41,506 nt of DNA from Candidatus Kaiserbacteria bacterium (lineage in GTDB: Bacteria > Patescibacteriota > Minisyncoccia > Phycocordibacterales > Phycocordibacteraceae): contig DAIDIW010000009.1 in assembly GCA_027451665.1 (NCBI GenBank), forward strand, positions 1 through 41,506. The letters are read 5' to 3'. The notes under the pieces were generated by a model. It saw only the letters and a program-made list of their open reading frames with translations. It made no database searches and had not been told where the DNA came from. The translations under genes were made by a program, and so were the position numbers. Below, piece by piece: positions 17,889 to 27,265 of this stretch (the stretch's first letter is position 1; every line of letters begins with the position of its first letter).

Positions 17889-19143
17889 GGGAGATATTCT
17901 TAAACCGATTAATGACCAACTGACAAAATACCGGTTCGATGTCTGCGCAATACGCCGTGCGTTTCAGTTGCTCGCACGCGGACAACAAACTTCCAGAGCC
18001 ACAGGTCAAATCGAGCACAGCGTCGCCGGGTCGCGTACAACGACGCAGAGCTTTCTCATGCAAGGTTGGCGGTTTCTGCGTCGGATGCGCATACTCATTG
18101 CCGGGCAGACGCTTCGCGATCCACACATTGAACATGTCCAGCACTTCGTCGGTGAGCCGGTTGCCGGTCGACACTTCTTTGTTTATAATTTCATTCAGAT
18201 TGCGCACTTTGTCAGAAAGGAATGGGCGACCCACCGTGCCGTACACGACGAATTCCGTGACCTTGTTGAAGGCAATCTGAGGGGTGGGTGAGCTGTTGTC
18301 TTTTAGCCAAATGCACAGGCGCTTGGAATCAACGCCAAGCTCTCGATATATCTCCTGAAAGAGAAATACCCAGCGCTCATCGCACCAGAAGAAGGCATGT
18401 ACATCGGGCTTCGCGACCGACAGCGCATTCTGCATGACGGTTTTCACGAACGTGCGGTATTCGGCCTCCGTCTTGTTATCGTTGGTATGCCCACCGTATC
18501 GCGCTTTGCCGCCAACGCCTTTTTCGTATGACAAGCCAATGTTATAAGGCAAATCGTCATTGATCATGTCGGCACGAACCTCGCCCATGAGCGTCTTCGC
18601 AGTATTCGGGTCAAGCGCATCGGCGCAAATCAGGTGATGCTTGCCGAGCATGAACCGATCGCCCGGTTTAATATCGGTCGTCTTTGCGGCTTCCAATTCC
18701 TTCTCCTCGTCAAAACGATCGTCTTCGACATCGAGATTGTCGTCGAAGACCATACTGAGATCGCTTGAGTCGAATCCCACATCGAGTAACAAGTCGATCT
18801 GGAAAGACTGGAGAAGCTCGTAGTCCCACGCACCGCCGTTGGCATTCATGCGCAAGAGAAGCTCGCGCTCCTTTTTCTCTGACGCTATGCTGACGAAAAC
18901 AACAGGTACGATCGTGAGACCGAGCTCCTTCGCAATCGTCCAGCGGAAGTGACCGGAGAGTATGCGGTTCTTCCGTTTCGGATAGGCGTTCACCAACAAT
19001 GGCTCCGTGAGACCGAAACGTTTGATGCTCTCGCGCAGATCTTGCCGCGCTTTGTCGCTCCAGAGACGCGGATTCACCGGCGAAGGGTGGAGCGAATCTA
19101 TCGGAACATATGTGATTTTTATTTTTGTATCGTGTGTGTTCAT
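17863..19143 (-). CDS. ParB-like N-terminal domain fused to N4/N6 DNA methyltransferase
   Basis: NPR...SIKRFG..EP...ILSGHFR ParB/Srx domain; DLPY, HPTQKP, DLTCGSGS MTase motifs. Confidence 0.88.
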   Translation of the reverse strand: MNTHDTKIKITYVPIDSLHPSPVNPRLWSDKARQDLRESIKRFGLTEPLLVNAYPKRKNRILSGHFRWTIAKELGLTIVPVVFVSIASEKKERELLLRMNANGGAWDYELLQSFQIDLLLDVGFDSSDLSMVFDDNLDVEDDRFDEEKELEAAKTTDIKPGDRFMLGKHHLICADALDPNTAKTLMGEVRADMINDDLPYNIGLSYEKGVGGKARYGGHTNDNKTEAEYRTFVKTVMQNALSVAKPDVHAFFWCDERWVFLFQEIYRELGVDSKRLCIWLKDNSSPTPQIAFNKVTEFVVYGTVGRPFLSDKVRNLNEIINKEVSTGNRLTDEVLDMFNVWIAKRLPGNEYAHPTQKPPTLHEKALRRCTRPGDAVLDLTCGSGSLLSACEQLKRTAYCADIEPVFCQLVINRFKNISHEKVTKLN

Positions 19144-19164
19144 AAAAGTGAAATTTAGATGCCA

Positions 19165-19191
19165 AGAAAAAATCCTGGCCTATAGCCAGGA
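19165..19191 (-). terminator. Intrinsic terminator just upstream of the MTase-terminase operon
   Basis: Minus strand atcctggc-tatag-gccaggat followed by a T-tract, ~20 nt before ATG 19143. Confidence 0.6.
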
Positions 19192-19255
19192 TATAAGGTG
19201 GCGACAAAATGACTATGTATTTGCTGGTTATTTCAGGACATCTTCCGTATCACAC

Positions 19256-20059
19256 TTATTGTCCACGCTTCTTTTCACGAGCAATCGTCTTGCTTATGCT
19301 GCTCACCTTGAGCGGCTTCTCCGGGAACTTTTCGCCGACGGTCTTTGCAAGTCTCTTGTTTGAGCCGCTGCTATTTTCTTTGAGAAGCTGATTACGCTCG
19401 CGCACAGTTTGGTTGCGTTTTCGGTATTTGCCGATCTTCACATCACTCTTTTTGTACTGCGTGAGTATCCGTGCCATCTCAGGGTTAAAAGTCTTACGTA
19501 TGAAATCGAGAATGTCGCGTTCGCTCGCGTATGGGCTTATATGTATCAAGAGAGGATACGCTTGCCGGTGAGTCTGATCGATCTTGTGCCCAAGCAGATC
19601 CGTACCGGTAACAGCATCGCTCATGAAGCAAAGATTGCGCGCGTGTGGCTCGGCAGAAAAGAGAACATGATCATAGAAAAGATAGTCCTCCATGAGGCTC
19701 GTCCAGTCGCGGGGAAGGAGGGAGTATTCGACACAAAGAGAATTGAGATCTTGCTGGACGCGAGATCTGGCGGGCAGCCGATCTCTGTCCTTCTGCGCCT
19801 TCCACTCGAAGGGTGGGTGTGTCCATTCTCCTTTGTCAGGATGCGAATATCCATCTTTGGGGATACCATGTGCCACGCGAATTTTCTTGATCTTTTTGTT
19901 GAATTCACCACTCTCCGTTATTGCGAGAAAATACCACCAGAGTTTCGCGAACCCGCTGGTTTTATAGAACGCAGGGGTGTTGCGTTCTTTGTCGAATTCT
20001 CGTACATGTCTAGAATATCCCATGCTCAAATGGTCGTGCTGAATCCTTTCTCTTGGCAC
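19256..20059 (-). CDS. Hypothetical basic protein (element-associated, possibly DNA-binding)
   Basis: 267-aa ORF co-oriented with the operon; Lys/Arg-rich helical C-terminus. Confidence 0.65.
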   Translation of the reverse strand: MPRERIQHDHLSMGYSRHVREFDKERNTPAFYKTSGFAKLWWYFLAITESGEFNKKIKKIRVAHGIPKDGYSHPDKGEWTHPPFEWKAQKDRDRLPARSRVQQDLNSLCVEYSLLPRDWTSLMEDYLFYDHVLFSAEPHARNLCFMSDAVTGTDLLGHKIDQTHRQAYPLLIHISPYASERDILDFIRKTFNPEMARILTQYKKSDVKIGKYRKRNQTVRERNQLLKENSSGSNKRLAKTVGEKFPEKPLKVSSISKTIAREKKRGQ

Positions 20060-20352
20060 CTTTTCTCAAGGACATGGACCATACCCTCAGTATATTGCAC
20101 AGTGGCATTAGACGCTTGGGAGTGTCTAACGTGTCTAGTGTCTAGTTTCAGACCCCTGACTAGGATGCCTCGCTCTGCGATATCGAAAATCGCCAAGGAA
20201 CCCTTATAGTGCCTTGTCCCACAAAGTTCACGACTAGGGTGGGGCACTGAGCACGAAAGCAATCCAGACACTCTTGCGATTTTGAATCTCGCGCACGCAC
20301 GCGCGTATCTCGCGTACGATGTACATGCCGCTCGGCCGCTTATGGACACAAG

Positions 20353-20790
20353 TCAGAAATTACAGGTCGGGGGGCTGCCCCACCATCCGGGGTTTACGTT
20401 GATGCCGGTTCGGCAGTAACCGTTATTCGCGGCAGTGTATACGTAGAGTCCGTAGCCGTAGGTCCCGTCCCAGGCATACTGATCCCCGTCGGTGGAGAGC
20501 TGACTCGGCATGCTCGGAAGATCGCCGTCTGCCGTGAGGCATGAGCCGAGGGCGGTCATGGAGAGACCAACGTCAGGACTGCCGGCACAGGCCTGCGGGT
20601 AATGGTTATTAGTGTTGTAGTACAGCTCCATCGCCGTCTCGATTGATTTTATGTCGGAGATGCGCGCCGCATCCTCACCTTTCGTTCGCGCGGTGTTGAG
20701 GCTCGCAAGGACGATAGACGAGAGCAAACCGATGATCGCAATCACGACGAGGAGCTCGATCAGGGTGAAGCCGCGTGATAGACTAGGCAT
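20353..20790 (-). CDS. Type IV pilin / GspG-like prepilin
   Basis: RG|FTLIELLVVIAIIGLLSSIVL cleavage/methylation motif, DAARISD, C-terminal cysteines. Confidence 0.92.
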   Translation of the reverse strand: MPSLSRGFTLIELLVVIAIIGLLSSIVLASLNTARTKGEDAARISDIKSIETAMELYYNTNNHYPQACAGSPDVGLSMTALGSCLTADGDLPSMPSQLSTDGDQYAWDGTYGYGLYVYTAANNGYCRTGINVNPGWWGSPPTCNF

Positions 20791-20797
20791 GGGATGG

Positions 20798-21061
20798 TTA
20801 TTGACCGCTTGTCGGCGTGCCAAGGATGTTCTGTCCAGCTCGGTAAGGGTTCACTGGCTTTCCGGCTCCGCCGCTTCCAAATATAAAAACAATGATGATA
20901 GCAGCGACGGTCAGCCCGAACATGACGAGAAGGACTTTCTGTGCGCTCGAAGAATCTCTTGCGAGGCCAGTTCGTATCACGATATCCGTGAGCCACGACG
21001 AGCCGCGCTCGGGGTCCGGGGACGCGTATGACTGCTCCTCTTGAAACTCAATGTCCGCCAT
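20798..21061 (-). CDS. Small membrane protein
   Basis: One TM; TATACT 7 nt upstream of ATG; directly precedes pilin. Confidence 0.7.
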   Translation of the reverse strand: MADIEFQEEQSYASPDPERGSSWLTDIVIRTGLARDSSSAQKVLLVMFGLTVAAIIIVFIFGSGGAGKPVNPYRAGQNILGTPTSGQ

Positions 21062-21135
21062 ACGGATAAGTATACACCGTGCTCGCAGGGCGCCGCATTG
21101 AATGAGCCTGCTTCACCGGTGCGTAGTAATGGCAT

Positions 21136-21489
21136 ATGGCGAATCCGCGCAAGATAGTGGTGACGGGCGCTGCGGTGGCGGTGCTTGCAACCGGTGGGGC
21201 GCTCCCGGTTCAGGCAGCAACCCAGGCTCTCGGCGCAACCGATTCCATCGGAAGCGTCTTCTCGGGAACCGTCGAGATCGCGTCTACGGACGGTCTGCTC
21301 GTCGAGCGCAAACAGCGCAAGGGAACGCCGGTTCTCATCATGGTCGACACGGATCGGGATACGGTTGTTTCGAAGGGGGGTCAACAGCAATCGGTTGAAG
21401 ATCTTGCCCGCGGGAAGGATGTCATCGTCTCAGGAACGAAGAATACAGACGGAAGCATACTCGCCTCGAAGATCATCATCCGCGGTTAG
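21136..21489 (+). CDS. Secreted OB-fold-like (DUF5666-like) protein
   Basis: Signal peptide; DLARGKDVIVSGTKNTDGSILASKI. Confidence 0.65.
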   Translation: MANPRKIVVTGAAVAVLATGGALPVQAATQALGATDSIGSVFSGTVEIASTDGLLVERKQRKGTPVLIMVDTDRDTVVSKGGQQQSVEDLARGKDVIVSGTKNTDGSILASKIIIRG

Positions 21490-21540
21490 CCGCCTGTGGA
21501 TAACTACGCGTGCTATACTACACGCATAAACCAATCGCAT

Positions 21541-21777
21541 ATGGATAAGAACGTCACCATTTACAGCACGCCCACCTGTCACTTTTGCCAGATGACGAAG
21601 GATTTCCTCGCGGAGAAGGGTATCGGCTATACGGACTACGACGTCGCGCACGATGTCGAGAAGCGCCAGGAAATGGTCCAGAAATCCGGACAGATGGGGG
21701 TGCCAGTTATTTTCGTTGGAAAGGAGATGATCATCGGTTTCGACAAGGAACGGTTGGAGCACGCTCTCGGGGCATAG
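21541..21777 (+). CDS. Glutaredoxin / NrdH-like redoxin
   Basis: YSTPTCHFC, SGQMGVPVI, IIGFD. Confidence 0.92.
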   Translation: MDKNVTIYSTPTCHFCQMTKDFLAEKGIGYTDYDVAHDVEKRQEMVQKSGQMGVPVIFVGKEMIIGFDKERLEHALGA

Positions 21778-21787
21778 CTCTACCTGG

Positions 21788-21828
21788 AGCGAACGCGCGG
21801 CCGGCTCTGCCGGCGCGCGTTCGCTTTA
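21788..21828 (+). terminator. GC-rich hairpin after glutaredoxin
   Basis: agcgaacgcgcg.gccggc-tct-gccggc.gcgcgttcgct followed by a short T run. Confidence 0.6.
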
Positions 21829-21845
21829 TGCTACTCTGCCTCTGC

Positions 21846-21920
21846 GCCCTCATAGTTCAATGGATAGAACGGCTCACTCCTAACGAGCAGATCTAGGTTC
21901 GACTCCTGGTGGGGGCACCA
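21846..21920 (+). tRNA. tRNA-Arg(CCT)
   Basis: Acceptor GCCCTCA/TGGGGGC, loop ctCCTaa, GGTTCGACTCC, encoded CCA. Confidence 0.93.
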
Positions 21921-22099
21921 ACTAGTGCTAGTTCGAGTGACCGAGACAACCTAAGCCTCTACTTCTAGCTCAACCCTAGAACATCTCCAAATTTCGAGAT
22001 GTCCATGATATCGGTCACTTTGCTCTACGGATATACACCGACGCGGATCTAGTGCAATCGGGCTGCTATACTTTTCGCATATCCCTAACGCGCATCCGC

Positions 22100-22561
22100 A
22101 TGTTTACCGATCTCGCGAACTCGATTAGCCGATTCTTCTATCGCCAATCCGCCGGCATGTTCTTCCTTCGGCTCGTGACAGGCGTGATATTCATAGTGCA
22201 CGGTTCAAGTAAGCTCGGTGCCATCAACCACGTCGCTGGTTTTTTTATGACGCTTGGGCTCTCCGCTTGGGTTGCCTGGTTCATTGCGCTCCTTGAGGTC
22301 ATCGGCGGTGCTGCTCTCATCTTAGGCGTCGCGACCCGACTGTTCGGCGCCCTTTTCACGATTGAGATGGTCGTTGCCATCTTCCTAACGGGTATCGGGC
22401 GCGGATGGAGTGCCCATGAGTTCGAACTGCTTTTGGCGGCGGCATCGCTCGCGATTGCGCTTGCCGGAAGCGGTAGCTGGTCGCTCTATAAGATGGAGTG
22501 CGATGCCTGCGGCGGCTTCCTCTGCGACGGTGACCGCTGCGTGATGGTTGAAGAGGCGTAG
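22100..22561 (+). CDS. DoxX family membrane protein
   Basis: LRLVTGVIFIVHG..K, EVIGG, GSGSWSL; Cys-rich tail. Confidence 0.88.
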   Translation: MFTDLANSISRFFYRQSAGMFFLRLVTGVIFIVHGSSKLGAINHVAGFFMTLGLSAWVAWFIALLEVIGGAALILGVATRLFGALFTIEMVVAIFLTGIGRGWSAHEFELLLAAASLAIALAGSGSWSLYKMECDACGGFLCDGDRCVMVEEA

Positions 22562-22656
22562 CACTCTCTTCACACGCTACGGCCACGTTAGCGCCCTCGT
22601 CGTTGCCGTTCCCGCGCATCGCATGATATAGTTAGGGAACCTAACTAACCACGTGC

Positions 22657-24198
22657 ATGAAGGACTTGCTAAATTCCATCCTCTCTCTCATTGCTCGGCC
22701 CGCCGTATCGCTAGGCGGAGCTGTCGTAATCGGCGTCGCACTTGTCGCATATACTTTCGTATCAACGTCGGTGGCGCCGAGCGGCGCCACCGTGCTGGTG
22801 ACGCAGGGTGCGATCACGCAGGAAGTGGATGTGAGCGGCACTGTAAAGGCAGCGCAGCGCACGGACCTCGCGTTTCAGGTGCCTGGCCGTGTGAGCGCGA
22901 TCCGTGTGCAGGTGGGCGATCATGTCACCGCAGGGGAGACCCTGGTCTCCCTCGACGGCGCGACTGAAGCTGCGGCGCTCGCGCAGGCGCAGGCGGCGCT
23001 CGAGGTACAAGAAGCGCAACTTGCGTCACTCAAGAGCGGAACACGTCCCGAGCAGCTCTCGATAGATGTTGCTAATTTGCAGCAGGCACGTGCCGCGCTC
23101 GATGACGCACTCCAGAACGCATATGTCGCGGCTGACGATGCCGTGCATGCGAAGGCAGACGAGCTGTTCACGAACCCGCGCACCGCGGGCGCGGCGCTCG
23201 CCTTCACGGCTCCAGACGCGACGCGTGCCACGGCCGTTACGAATGAGCGTATCGCCTTGCAACAGGTCTTCAGCGCGTGGCAATCTCTTTCGGCAAGCTC
23301 GACAGACCCTGTGGCGACTGCGGGCGTCGTGAACGGATACCTCGTGCAAGTGAACGCATTCCTGAACGATCTCGCGACCTTGCTCGCGGAGACACCCGCA
23401 GGGGGATCGCTTACCGCAGCAGAGCTGACCGCGTACCAAGCGAGCGTGAACGCTGCCCGTTCGGAAATCACGGGTTCGCTCACGGGTGCGCTTCCGGGGC
23501 TTACCGGCGCACTCACGGGCTACAAATCGGCGCAGGGTGCCCTTACGCTCGCGCAGGCGGGTGCGACTCCTGATCAGATTGCCGCACAGCAAGCTGCGGT
23601 CGATGCCGCGCAGGCTGCCGTGACTAGCGCACAAGTAGCGGTCGACAAGACCGTCCTCGTCGCGCCCATCGCCGGGACGATAACCGTCCAGAATGCGAAT
23701 CCCGGAGAGACGGTGACTCCTGGCGCCCCGATCGTCTCGCTTATCGCAGACGGGAAGTACGAAGCGGTCGCGAACGTTTCCGACAACGATATCGCGAAGG
23801 TAAAGATCGGGCAGGAGGTGGAAGCGACATTCGATTCCTACCCGGGCGTCTCCTTTCTGGCTAAGGTGACGACCGTCGATCCTGCGGCGACGATGGAAAA
23901 TGGCGTACCGTCGTACGGGGTTACCGTGACGTTTGATACGAACGACCCGCGCCTCTCGGCAGGCATGACCGCGAATCTTCGAATCATCACTGCCACGAAG
24001 GATAATGCGCTCCTCGTGCCGACAAGTGCGATTATCACGGACGGGACGGGCTCGTTCGTCTATGTACGCACCGCTAGGCAGTACGTGAAGACACCGGTCG
24101 AGACGGGCCTCTCAAGTGTGTCCGGTATGACGGAGATACTCAATGGAGTGACCGCAGGACAAGCGGTGCTTACCTACGGCTCTAATGCCACATCATGA
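22657..24198 (+). CDS. Efflux membrane-fusion (periplasmic adaptor) protein with long coiled coil
   Basis: LAFQVPGRV, LVAPIAGTI lipoyl halves, GMTANL, VPTSAI. Confidence 0.85.
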   Translation: MKDLLNSILSLIARPAVSLGGAVVIGVALVAYTFVSTSVAPSGATVLVTQGAITQEVDVSGTVKAAQRTDLAFQVPGRVSAIRVQVGDHVTAGETLVSLDGATEAAALAQAQAALEVQEAQLASLKSGTRPEQLSIDVANLQQARAALDDALQNAYVAADDAVHAKADELFTNPRTAGAALAFTAPDATRATAVTNERIALQQVFSAWQSLSASSTDPVATAGVVNGYLVQVNAFLNDLATLLAETPAGGSLTAAELTAYQASVNAARSEITGSLTGALPGLTGALTGYKSAQGALTLAQAGATPDQIAAQQAAVDAAQAAVTSAQVAVDKTVLVAPIAGTITVQNANPGETVTPGAPIVSLIADGKYEAVANVSDNDIAKVKIGQEVEATFDSYPGVSFLAKVTTVDPAATMENGVPSYGVTVTFDTNDPRLSAGMTANLRIITATKDNALLVPTSAIITDGTGSFVYVRTARQYVKTPVETGLSSVSGMTEILNGVTAGQAVLTYGSNATS

Positions 24199-24848
24199 TC
24201 ACTATGACTGACCCTATGCCAGCCCGTACACCCGATACCCGCAAGAAGGCGATTCTCTACGGCAGTGCAGGTGTCTTCATCCTCATTCTTGCCGGCATCG
24301 CGAGCTATCTCATATCGAGCAATCGCGAGATTGCAATTACGAGCTCGACAATCTCCGCGCCGCTTATCACTCTCTCGCCTACGATCGGCGGGCGTCTGAA
24401 TGCCGTGTACGTGAATCCCGGCGACTACGTGAATGCGGATGCGCCGGTAGCGCTCGTGGGCACTGAGGTTGTAAACGCGAAGGTCGCGGGACTCATCGTC
24501 GATACGAGTGACACCGTGGGCGCCGAGGTGGCGCCGGGTACGCCGGTTGTCACTGAGATAGACCCCTCACAGCTGCGCGTCGTAGGGAAGATAGACGAGA
24601 ATAAGGGGCTTGCGCAGGTAGCCGTGGGCGACCCCGTGCTCTTCACGGTCGACGCATACGGATCGCGCCTGTTCAAGGGAGTGGTCGATGAGGTCGCACC
24701 GACATCAAATCAGAGCGGGATTGTCTTCGATATCTCGAATCAGCGGCAGGTACAGCAGTTCGATGTCAAAGCGCGCTTCGATACGAGCGCGTATCCGTTC
24801 TTGAAGAACGGTATGAGCGCGCGGATGTACGTCTATCCGTCGCACTAG
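24195..24848 (+). CDS. Short HlyD/EmrA-like adaptor protein
   Basis: Lipoyl halves without a helical hairpin, VDAY, LKNGMSA. Confidence 0.8.
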   Translation: MITMTDPMPARTPDTRKKAILYGSAGVFILILAGIASYLISSNREIAITSSTISAPLITLSPTIGGRLNAVYVNPGDYVNADAPVALVGTEVVNAKVAGLIVDTSDTVGAEVAPGTPVVTEIDPSQLRVVGKIDENKGLAQVAVGDPVLFTVDAYGSRLFKGVVDEVAPTSNQSGIVFDISNQRQVQQFDVKARFDTSAYPFLKNGMSARMYVYPSH

Positions 24849-24851
24849 CGC

Positions 24852-26372
24852 ATGACGGGAACGGCGGAGCGTAAAGACCACTCGCTAGTCGGACATCCGT
24901 GGCTTGTGCTCGCCACGGTCATGCTCGGGACGCTCCTTATTGGTCTCGACCGCACGGTCGTGAACCTCGCCGTGCCGAAGATAATCGGCGATTTCGGTAT
25001 CTCGGTGAATACGGCCGCGTGGATTGCGACGGCGTACATTATCTCGAATGCGGTCTTCGTCCCTGTTTTCGGCAAGCTCGGAGATCTTTTCGGAAATCGC
25101 CAGATCTATATCTGGAGCTTTACGGGATTCATCGTGGTCTCGGTGCTTACCGGCTTGTCCTGGAACTTCAGCTCGCTGGTCTTCTTCCGCACGATCCAGG
25201 GGCTCGTAGGCGCGGCGATCTATCCCACCGCGATGTCGCTTATTGCGAAATCGTTCACCGATACGAAGGCGCGCGCGCAAGCACTCGGTATCTGGTCCTC
25301 TTCGTTCGCCGTTTCCGCGATCATCGGTCCGCTCCTCGGCGGCTATCTGATTGATCAGTTCTCCTGGCGAATGATCTTCTACATAAACCTGCCGATCGGC
25401 ATCGCCGGGCTCGTAATGACCCTCCTGTATCTCCCGCACGACCACCCCGAGGAGCGCGGTGCGTTCGATTGGTTCGGTTCAGTGCTTCTTGCCGGAGCGA
25501 TCACTGCCATGGTGCTCGTCCTCGATCAGGGGCAGGTATGGGGGTGGTTCTCGACTGCGAGCATCCTCTGCTACGCGGCTACCGTCATATTCGGCTACCT
25601 CACGTTCTTGTGGGAGACGCGTCATACGCACCCCGTCATAGACTTCAGGCTGTTCAAGAATCCGACCATCTCTTCCGTGCTCGTCGTCTCCTTCATCTCA
25701 TTCGGCGGCATGATGGGAGCCATGTTCCTCCTTCCGGTCTTCACGCAGTCCTTCCTCGGCTATGATGCGATCAAGACAGGGCTCCTTTTCGTGCCCATGG
25801 GGCTCACCTTGCCCATTTTCGCGCCTCTCGGCGCGCGGCTCGCCGTCTCATTCCACCCCCGTTATACGGTCTCGTTCGGAATGGCAGTAGCCGCTCTCTC
25901 GTTTTACCTGCTGCGGTCGCTTGACCCGGCGATGACGTACGGCGACTTCGTACTTCCGCTCATTCTTTTCGGCGCTGGACTCGGGCTCGGCATGGCGCCG
26001 CTCACGAATGCGGCGACGACCGCAGTACCGCTCCATGAGGTCGGCATGTCCTCCGGGCTCTTGAACCTGACGCGCAATATCGGGGGTGCCTTTGGCATCG
26101 CTCTTTTCGGCACGCTTCTCACGAATGCGACGAACGCGAACGTGCTCTCGGTCGCACTTAATTCGCACATCCGCTCCATGAACCCGGGCGTACTCGCACA
26201 GGGCGCACAGCTTATTATTATGAAAGCTGACCTGCTCGCCTATAGCACCGTGTTCGAGTGGGCGGCCGGCGCGATGCTCATCGGAGCATTCGCGGCGCTC
26301 TTCCTGCAGTCGTCCGGCTCGATAGCTGATCTGCCGCCAGAGGCGCGTGCGGAGGCGATGGCGGGCGGATAA
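24852..26372 (+). CDS. DHA2-family (EmrB/QacA) MFS efflux transporter
   Basis: LDRTVVNLA, GKLGDLFGNR, IGPLLGGYL, WRMIFYINLPIG; ~14 TMs. Confidence 0.92.
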   Translation: MTGTAERKDHSLVGHPWLVLATVMLGTLLIGLDRTVVNLAVPKIIGDFGISVNTAAWIATAYIISNAVFVPVFGKLGDLFGNRQIYIWSFTGFIVVSVLTGLSWNFSSLVFFRTIQGLVGAAIYPTAMSLIAKSFTDTKARAQALGIWSSSFAVSAIIGPLLGGYLIDQFSWRMIFYINLPIGIAGLVMTLLYLPHDHPEERGAFDWFGSVLLAGAITAMVLVLDQGQVWGWFSTASILCYAATVIFGYLTFLWETRHTHPVIDFRLFKNPTISSVLVVSFISFGGMMGAMFLLPVFTQSFLGYDAIKTGLLFVPMGLTLPIFAPLGARLAVSFHPRYTVSFGMAVAALSFYLLRSLDPAMTYGDFVLPLILFGAGLGLGMAPLTNAATTAVPLHEVGMSSGLLNLTRNIGGAFGIALFGTLLTNATNANVLSVALNSHIRSMNPGVLAQGAQLIIMKADLLAYSTVFEWAAGAMLIGAFAALFLQSSGSIADLPPEARAEAMAGG

Positions 26373-26384
26373 CTATCATCAACC

Positions 26385-26825
26385 ATGCGATACCGACACA
26401 GTTCCGAAGACATCATGCGCGCCGCCTCGAGCTTCTTTGCGGTGCGTGGCGCCATACGCACCCGGTTCGCGCAAGGCAAGCGGCTCGACCCGTCGAAATG
26501 GCTTCGCGTCGAGACTATGCGATTCATCGCGACGCGCAACCGTCCCTCGATGAGGGCGCTTGCTGACTATCTCTCGATCACGGCGCCGTCGGCGACTTCG
26601 CTCGTGCGCGGACTCGTCGCGTACGGTCTCGTCGAGCGTACGGTAAATCCCTGCGATCGGCGCGCATCGGAACTTTCGCTCACGCCGAAGGGAGACGCGG
26701 AGCTCAAGTCGACAATGGATCGTGGCACGGAGATACTCTCGGAAGTTTTTGCGTCGCTTTCACCCGAGGAGCTCGCGGCGTTCATCGCGACCCTCGAGCG
26801 CATCCGGGAGTCGGCCGGAACATGA
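26385..26825 (+). CDS. MarR-family regulator
   Basis: LADYLSITAPSATSLV..LV..GLVER....DRR...LTPKG. Confidence 0.88.
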   Translation: MRYRHSSEDIMRAASSFFAVRGAIRTRFAQGKRLDPSKWLRVETMRFIATRNRPSMRALADYLSITAPSATSLVRGLVAYGLVERTVNPCDRRASELSLTPKGDAELKSTMDRGTEILSEVFASLSPEELAAFIATLERIRESAGT

Positions 26826-26841
26826 TGCTACTATAAGGCAT

Positions 26842-27126
26842 ATGGAACCAGATCTGCGTACAGAGTTCGAAGAGCTGCGCGCGCTCGTCCGTGATAACCA
26901 TCGAATGCTGCGCCGTGTCCGCCGCCATCAGATACTCGAGACTTTCGGCCACTACGCCCTCTGGGTCATCCTTATCCTCGCTTCGGCGTATGCCTATATG
27001 GTCTACCTGCGACCGCTTATGCAGAAATTCCGCACCAACCCGCAGGCGGCGGCGCAGGGCATCCTCGGGCTCCCGACTTCCGCGGATCTCCAGAATCTGA
27101 TAAACTCAAACAAACCTGCCCGTTAG
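26842..27126 (+). CDS. Small membrane hypothetical protein
   Basis: TGCTACTAT 7 nt upstream of ATG; one TM. Confidence 0.7.
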   Translation: MEPDLRTEFEELRALVRDNHRMLRRVRRHQILETFGHYALWVILILASAYAYMVYLRPLMQKFRTNPQAAAQGILGLPTSADLQNLINSNKPAR

Positions 27127-27134
27127 GCAGGAAG

Positions 27135-27210
27135 GCTTGGGTAGCTCAGTTGGTAGAGCATTCGCCTGAAGAGCGAAGGGTCGGCGGTTCGAACCCGCCC
27201 CCAAGCACCA
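27135..27210 (+). tRNA. tRNA-Phe(GAA)
   Basis: GCTTGGG/CCCAAGC acceptor, ttcgc-ctGAAga-gcgaa, encoded CCA. Confidence 0.95.
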
Positions 27211-27265
27211 CGGTCACGGAAAGGCCTGGCGTATGTCAGGCCTTTCCGTATACTTAAGGTTACGC

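Noticed and set aside
20233-20270. Possible third copy of the 43-bp repeat
   Set aside because: Only tccaga and aggg match, with shifted spacing; too weak to call.
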